Assembly: GCA_963776245.1 (NCBI GenBank)
Contig: CAVZLN010000008.1
Location: forward strand, 224,001 to 288,000
Length of the DNA: 64,000 nt
Reading direction: 5' to 3'
From: Candidatus Eiseniibacteriota bacterium
GTDB taxonomy: Bacteria; Eisenbacteria; RBG-16-71-46
Both the position numbers and the translations under genes were made by a program. The notes beneath the pieces are model-generated. The model was given only the letters and a program-made list of their open reading frames with translations, was not told the DNA's origin and ran no database searches. Below, in pieces: positions 61,610 to 64,000 of the stretch. The first letter of the stretch is position 1; the number at the start of each line of letters is the position of its first letter.

Positions 61610-61638
61610 ACTATGTCCAGCCCCCATCCCGGTGTCAA
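61610..61638 (-). promoter_or_regulatory. sigma70-type promoter upstream of DUF3108 gene
   Basis: TTGACA-N17-CATAGT. Confidence 0.6.
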
Positions 61639-61753
61639 TCCTCGGCTTCCGAGTCCCGCGGCCGGTGGGTCGCGCGGGCCGGCGGAGGGCGCGACGTGGC
61701 CACCCCGCGACGGGTGCGACGGGCCTCCGACCAGCGCGGTGCCAGGCGGCGGG

Positions 61754-63039
61754 TCAGGCCGTGTCGATCGGCCAGTCGGCGGTGCCGAGCGGGCCCCCGC
61801 TGGCGGGACCGACCACCGCCAGCGCGAAGCCGCCCCGGCGCCAGGAAGGCGCGCGCCGCCTCGGTCACCTGCTCGCGCGTCACCGCCATGACCGCGCGCA
61901 CCTGCTCCTCGCCGGTCACGTAGCGGCCCGAGTACAGCTCGTCGTTGGCGACATGGGACATGCGGTTCGAGACGCTCTCCTGGCTCAGCACGATGCTCCC
62001 GCGGATCTGCGCGCGGGCCGAGGCCACCTCGGTCTCGGAGGGACCCTCGTCATGGAGGCGCTGCAATTCGCGGCGCACCAGCGCGACCGCGTCGCGCGCG
62101 CGCTCGGGCGCCACCCCGAGGTGGATCGACACCAGTCCCGCGTCGCGGTGGAAATCACACGACGAGTAGATGGAGTACGCCAGCCCGGCTCCTCCCGCAC
62201 GCTCTGGAACAGGCGGGAGCTCATCCCGCCGCCGAGGAGCGTGTTGAGCACCGCGAGCGGATAGCGCATCGGGTGTTCCATCGCCACGCCGCGGCGTGCC
62301 GAGCGCGAGGTACATCTGCTGCAGGTCGGGCGCGCACCACGTGGTCGACAGCCGGCACGAACGGTGGCGGCGCGCCGTTGCCGTCGAGGTCGCGGCCCTG
62401 GGCGGGGCGAAGTGCCGCTGGCAGAGGTCGACCAGGCGGTCGTGCTCGAGCGCACCGACGGCCGTGACCACCAGGTCGCGTGCGCGGTAGCGACGCGAGT
62501 AGAATTCGCGCAGCGCACGCGGCGTCGAGCGTCGCCCACGGTGTCGAGCGTGCCGAGGATGGGCAGCCCGAGCCCATGACCGCCCCAGACGCGGTTCACC
62601 AGGATCTCGCTGACCTTGTCCTCGGGATCGTCCTCGCACGAGGAGATCTCCTCGCGCACGACGTCCTTCTCCTTCTCGATGTCGTCGGCGGCGAAGCGCG
62701 GGCGCGACACCAGGTCGCCGAGCACGTCGAGCGTCTCGGGCAGGTGCTCGGCGAGGGCGCGCGCGTAGTAGCAGGTCTGCTCGCGCGCCGTGAACGCGTC
62801 GAGGTGGCCGCCCGAGCGACTCGAGGCTCGCCGCCAGCGCGCGCGCGTCACGGCGCTCGGTACCCTTGAACGCCATGTGCTCGATGAAGTGTGAGATGCC
62901 GAGGCGCGCGGACGGGCTCGTCGCGCGCACCGTGGCGCACCCAGACCCCGATCGCGATCGAGCCACGGTCGGGCAGCGCCTCGGACAGCACCGTGAGCCC
63001 CGAGGGCAGTGTCGACCTGCGGAAGGTGACGTCAATCAT
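61754..63039 (-). CDS. M16 (pitrilysin-family) zinc peptidase (multiple frameshifts)
   Basis: MIDVTFRRSTLPSGLTV, GISHFIEHMAFKGT (HxxEH), LDAFT, LGGGMSSRLFQSVRE, GLAYSIYS; typical position downstream of pnp. Confidence 0.88.
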
Positions 63040-63059
63040 CGGGCCCGCTCCGAACGCGA

Positions 63060-63089
63060 CGCCGAGCGGCGGAGTTCCGCCGCTCGGCG
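63060..63089. other. Perfect 14-bp inverted repeat between pnp and the M16 peptidase
   Basis: CGCCGAGCGGCGGA-GT-TCCGCCGCTCGGCG; no U-tract. Confidence 0.7.
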
Positions 63090-63109
63090 CGCGCAGGTGC
63101 CGGATCGTC

Positions 63110-64000
63110 TCAGCGACGCCGCCCGCGGTCCCGTCCACCGCGGTCGTGAGCGCGATCGCGGTCGCGGCCGCGATCGTGGTCCCGGCTGCCCGGCTCCGGC
63201 GCCACGTAGCCCTCCGGCGGCGGCAGCAGCGCCTTGCGCGAGAGCCGGATCTTGCCCTCGCGGTCCACGTCGATGACCTTGACCATCACCATGTCGCCGA
63301 CGTTGAGCACGTCCTCGGTCTTGGCGATGCGGTGGTAGTCGATCTCCGAGATGTGCAACAGGCCGTCGCGGCCCGGCACGATCTCGACGAACGCGCCGAA
63401 CGTGGTCACGCTGCGCACCTTGCCCTGGTACACACGGCCGATCTCGGGATCCTCGACGATGTTGCGGATCAGCTCCTCCGCACGCCGCCCGGCGTCCCCG
63501 CTGACCGCGGCGATGCGCACTTCGCCGCTGTCCTCGATGTCGATCTGGGCACCGGTCTCCTCGGTGATCTTCTTGATGATCTTGCCGCCCGGGCCGATGA
63601 CCTCGCGGATCTTGTCCGGCGGGATCTGCAGCATGATGATCCGGGGCGCGTAGGGAGAGATCTCGGGGCGCGAGGCCGGCAGCGCCTGCTCCATCTTGTC
63701 GAGGATGAAGAGGCGCCCCTGACGCGCGCGGTCGAGCGCGTCGCGCAGGACCTGGCCGGAGATGCCGCCGATCTTGGTGTCCATCTGGAAGGCGGTGATG
63801 CCCTCGCGCGTGCCCGTCACCTTGAAGTCCATGTCGCCGAGGTGGTCCTCGACGCCGAGGATGTCGGTGAGGACCGCGACGCGGTCGCCCTCCTTGATGA
63901 GGCCCATCGCGATGCCGGCGACCGGTGCCTTGATGGGCACGCCCGCGTCCATGAGGGCCATCGAGCTGCCGCACACGGTCGCCATCGACGACGAGCCGTT
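63110..64000 (-). CDS. pnp: Polyribonucleotide nucleotidyltransferase (5' part outside window)
   Basis: [24 protein letters not shown] domain VIGPGGK, S1 domain [16 protein letters not shown]. Confidence 0.97.
   Translation of the reverse strand, partial: NGSSSMATVCGSSMALMDAGVPIKAPVAGIAMGLIKEGDRVAVLTDILGVEDHLGDMDFKVTGTREGITAFQMDTKIGGISGQVLRDALDRARQGRLFILDKMEQALPASRPEISPYAPRIIMLQIPPDKIREVIGPGGKIIKKITEETGAQIDIEDSGEVRIAAVSGDAGRRAEELIRNIVEDPEIGRVYQGKVRSVTTFGAFVEIVPGRDGLLHISEIDYHRIAKTEDVLNVGDMVMVKVIDVDREGKIRLSRKALLPPPEGYVAPEPGSRDHDRGRDRDRAHDRGGRDRGRRR

Noticed and set aside
63110..63185. RD/RG-rich repeat at the PNPase C-terminus
   Set aside because: Low-complexity charged tails are common on PNPase
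1..64000. CRISPR arrays, transposases, integrases, prophage or defence genes; abundant CTCGAG
   Set aside because: No repeat-spacer arrays or mobile-element motifs seen; CTCGAG is explained by CTC-GAG (Leu-Glu) codon pairs

Overview
Very high-GC (roughly 70% or more by eye) bacterial DNA, probably an incompletely polished long-read assembly, since many conserved genes are split by single-base indels. The gene content suggests a diderm environmental lineage; I cannot fix the taxonomy. About 50 kb (c. 9.7-59.4 kb) is a surface-polysaccharide locus. It has a Wzx/Wzy export set (OPX/Wza, PCP, a BY-kinase-like protein lacking the Walker A lysine, three Wzx-like flippases, one Wzy-like polymerase, one priming phosphoglycosyl transferase), many GT2/GT4 enzymes, four GT-C-like membrane proteins, nucleotide-sugar enzymes (ManC, AlgD-like dehydrogenase, LegB-like dehydratase, DegT aminotransferase) and tailoring enzymes (CapK-like ligase, FemAB-like, AsnB-like, deacetylase, acyltransferase, GMC oxidoreductase). 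Flanks: tRNA-Gly, folE, lysC, glgA and galT on the left; DUF3108, an M16 peptidase and pnp on the right. The top observation is non-coding. The two long leaders in front of the priming transferase (c. 19.4-19.7 kb) and wza (c. 59.4-59.6 kb), 40 kb apart, each run promoter, structured RNA, intrinsic terminator, first gene. They share a sequence and structure motif, so this is a candidate undescribed cis-regulatory RNA (riboswitch or antitermination element) controlling polysaccharide synthesis and export.
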